A stretch of 64,000 bases of DNA. Origin: Lama guanicoe (Eukaryota). The stretch lies in the NCBI GenBank assembly GCA_013239625.1, contig MU054187.1, positions 21,455,280-21,519,279 of the forward strand, read 5' to 3'. The position numbers and the translations under genes were made by a program. Below the pieces are notes generated by a model. That model ran no database searches and was not told the origin of the DNA. It saw only the letters and a list, made by a program, of their open reading frames with translations. How positions within the stretch are numbered: position 1 is the first letter of the stretch; every line of letters begins with the position of its first letter. Below, in pieces: positions 61,673-64,000 of this stretch.

Positions 61673-62329
61673 GTCTAGACAGGTAGCTGAAGTTTATTTG
61701 TCCCTGCATAGACTCACCCCACAGATGATTAAAATAAATTGGGATTTTTTTTTTACCACAGAAACCAGAGATGCACACATTTTTTGATACAGTAGGATAG
61801 TGTCATTCTGTGTAATTTCCTTTTTGGATTATATCTCATGTCACACCAAAAGGCACAAACATCATTTTGTTCACTGTATCAAAATGTAATAACATTTATC
61901 ACCAAATCAATGATCTATTTAGACAGAGCAGGTCTGAAATGATTTAATGTGGCTTTTTTCTTCTTTCTAACTAAAAAGTACAGTGATAGTTTAGGGAAAA
62001 TATTTAAGATACCTGTCTGCTCTAACCTGACTCCTAGCTTCTCTAGTATCCATAAAACAAGTAACCTATCCTAGGGGCTTTGTTAGTTTTTTTTTTCACT
62101 TATCACTTTACTGATCTTGAAGAATAATTCTAAATTCAAGTTCTATAATCACCCATACAAAAACAAACTATTATACTCAACTGGACAACTGAAGATTTTT
62201 ATGGCAGTATGTTTTCTTTTGTCTGTAATTTTTATTGTTGTTGCTATAGAATTTATCTAGAGGAATGAGTAAAAGACACTTTCCTTTGAAGATAATATTA
62301 CTGATGTCTTCTATTGAGTGTGTATACTC

Positions 62330-63200
62330 AACGACCAGGGCAGACATCCTCTGTATTAACTTGAAATGCCACCTCTAACCGGTTACTCCCAAATTTATTT
62401 TTGTACCTTTGATCTGTCCTATAAACTCCAGGCCTACTTGTCACTTGTATTTGGACACAGATAGGCATCTCACAACTAACAAATTTGAAATGGACCCTCT
62501 GATCCTCCCCCTCACCTCCAACCTCTGGAAATCTTCCTCATCCTAGCAAATGGCGAGTCCATCCTTCTGGTTACGCAGGCCAAAAATTTTGGAGTTCTGT
62601 TTGACTCCTCTCTGTCACCTACATTTTACTTTGATGATCTGTAGATTATTTCCCCTCAATCTTTAAAATCCGAGCAGAATACATCTACTTCTCACAGCCC
62701 AACTGCTGATACCTTGGTCCAATCCGACCTCCTGCTGCCTCTCCCTTGAATTATTTCCACAGGCTTCTTAGCGATCTCGCTGATTCCACCCTTATCCTCT
62801 ACAGTCGTTTCACAACTCGAAGTCAGAACGACGCTCCTGAAGTAAAGCAGTGAGCCCTGCGTCACTGGGAGGAAAAGCTACAGTGTTTACTTTGGCCAGC
62901 AGGACTCTGTACACGCCTCTCCATGCCCTTTTTCTCTTCTCAAGTCTCCGCCTTACCTCCTGACTTCTTGTACTCACATTCCACTTGCTCTGTCCATTCC
63001 AGCCACATTGGCCTCTTTGCTGCCCCTTAAACACCCCAGAGTACACTCCTGTCTCAGGCCTTTGCTTTTGTCATTCTGTTTCCCCTCATCCCACCATCTC
63101 TAGACGTTCCCATGACTTGCTTTCTCACCTTCCTGAGACTTTTCCTCAAATGTCACCTTATCAGTGAAGTTTTCCCTGATCACCCTACGTAAAATGACAG
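62330..63200 (+). mobile_element. L2 fragment
   Basis: ataggcatctcacaactaac...catccttctggttacgcaggccaaaaattttggagttctgtttgactcctctct...tccagccacattggcctctttgctg...caaatgtcaccttatcagtgaag. Confidence 0.85.
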
Positions 63201-64000
63201 ATCTCCCTCCCTAAGCTGAATATCTAAGTATCAAATGGCATTTACCAGGTGGAGAAGATGAGAGTGTAGGACCGACCGTTGAAAACGACAGAAACAAGGG
63301 GATGGATGTCTGAACTCACAAGGCTCATCTCAGGGATGCTGAAATAATGTAACTACATAGAGAGTAAGATAATTAGAAAGTCAAGCAGAAGATGAGACAA
63401 GAGAAGGAAATTTTGAGCTGACCGAGAAATAAAGCAATTTTCTCAAATTCACGATTTTTGCACTGCAGAATTCTTAATCTTCAGTAATTAGATTGAATTT
63501 TCCCAAGCCTCTAGCTCGTCTGCATTGGGGGACAGTTGCATAAAAGCAAGTTGATTAGAAGTATTCAGTATTATTCTCAGTAAAAGAAACTCCTCACTCT
63601 ACCCAATATGCTATAGAAAAAAAGTAAATAAGGATGTTATATTCTCTGCAGCATATCTTTAAAGATGAGAATTGTGGATTTGGAGTATTATGGTGGAATT
63701 GGGAAAAATGCAAAAAAATTGCTGCACAGGCATGGGTTACTTTCTTACTCTTTCATCATAGTGCCTCTGATGGAGAAAAGGCGTATTTCCATGCTAATTT
63801 TCTTTTTGCACTTCCTGCTTGCTTATCTATCTCCCCGTTAGTCAGTCAACTCAACTGTAAGTGCCTGGCACATACACAAAGCTTTTAATAAAATTTGTTG
63901 GTCTGTTTGAAATTGGCATGCAGCAACCATATCTACATACACATTCCTACAAATCTTCTGGTATGTGATAATTTCTCATTGTGCTTAATATACTGAGTTA

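Noticed and set aside
53240..64000. Next RALYL exon (KSDELQTIKKELTQIK coiled coil)
   Set aside because: Not found by eye in this interval. It presumably lies beyond the window end.
1..64000. CRISPR arrays, prokaryotic operons, NUMTs, non-retroviral endogenous viral elements, snRNA or snoRNA genes
   Set aside because: I recognised no regularly spaced repeats, long ORFs, mitochondrial or viral homology, or RNA-gene signatures. Very diverged cases would need tBLASTn or Infernal to exclude.

Overview
AT-rich mammalian genomic DNA, very probably camelid (tRNA-Ala-derived Vic-1-type SINEs). The window lies inside RALYL (hnRNP C/RALY family RNA-binding protein) on the + strand. It holds four internal coding exons (7332-7407, 32924-32956, 44048-44095, 53076-53239) with GT-AG boundaries that splice in one open frame: ...[107 protein letters not shown].... 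The start codon, most of the RRM and the C-terminal exons are outside the window. The rest is intron with L1, L2, MIR, DNA-transposon relics and a cluster of solo ERV LTRs at 5-18 kb. None of the supplied ORFs looks like a real gene, and I found no clear novel multi-gene system. The best leads are: an NRF1/CRE CpG-rich promoter-like element at 24.3-24.6 kb followed by a U-tract-led 23-nt candidate poison microexon; a candidate in-frame 99-nt cassette exon at 31600-31698; a second CpG-rich element with (CTG)8 and a splice donor at about 20 kb; an inverted pair of same-family LTRs; an LTR-in-LTR-in-L1 nest; and short tracts of almost purely AT-to-GC substitution suggesting GC-biased gene conversion. 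Repeat family names come from recalled consensus sequences, not from a search.
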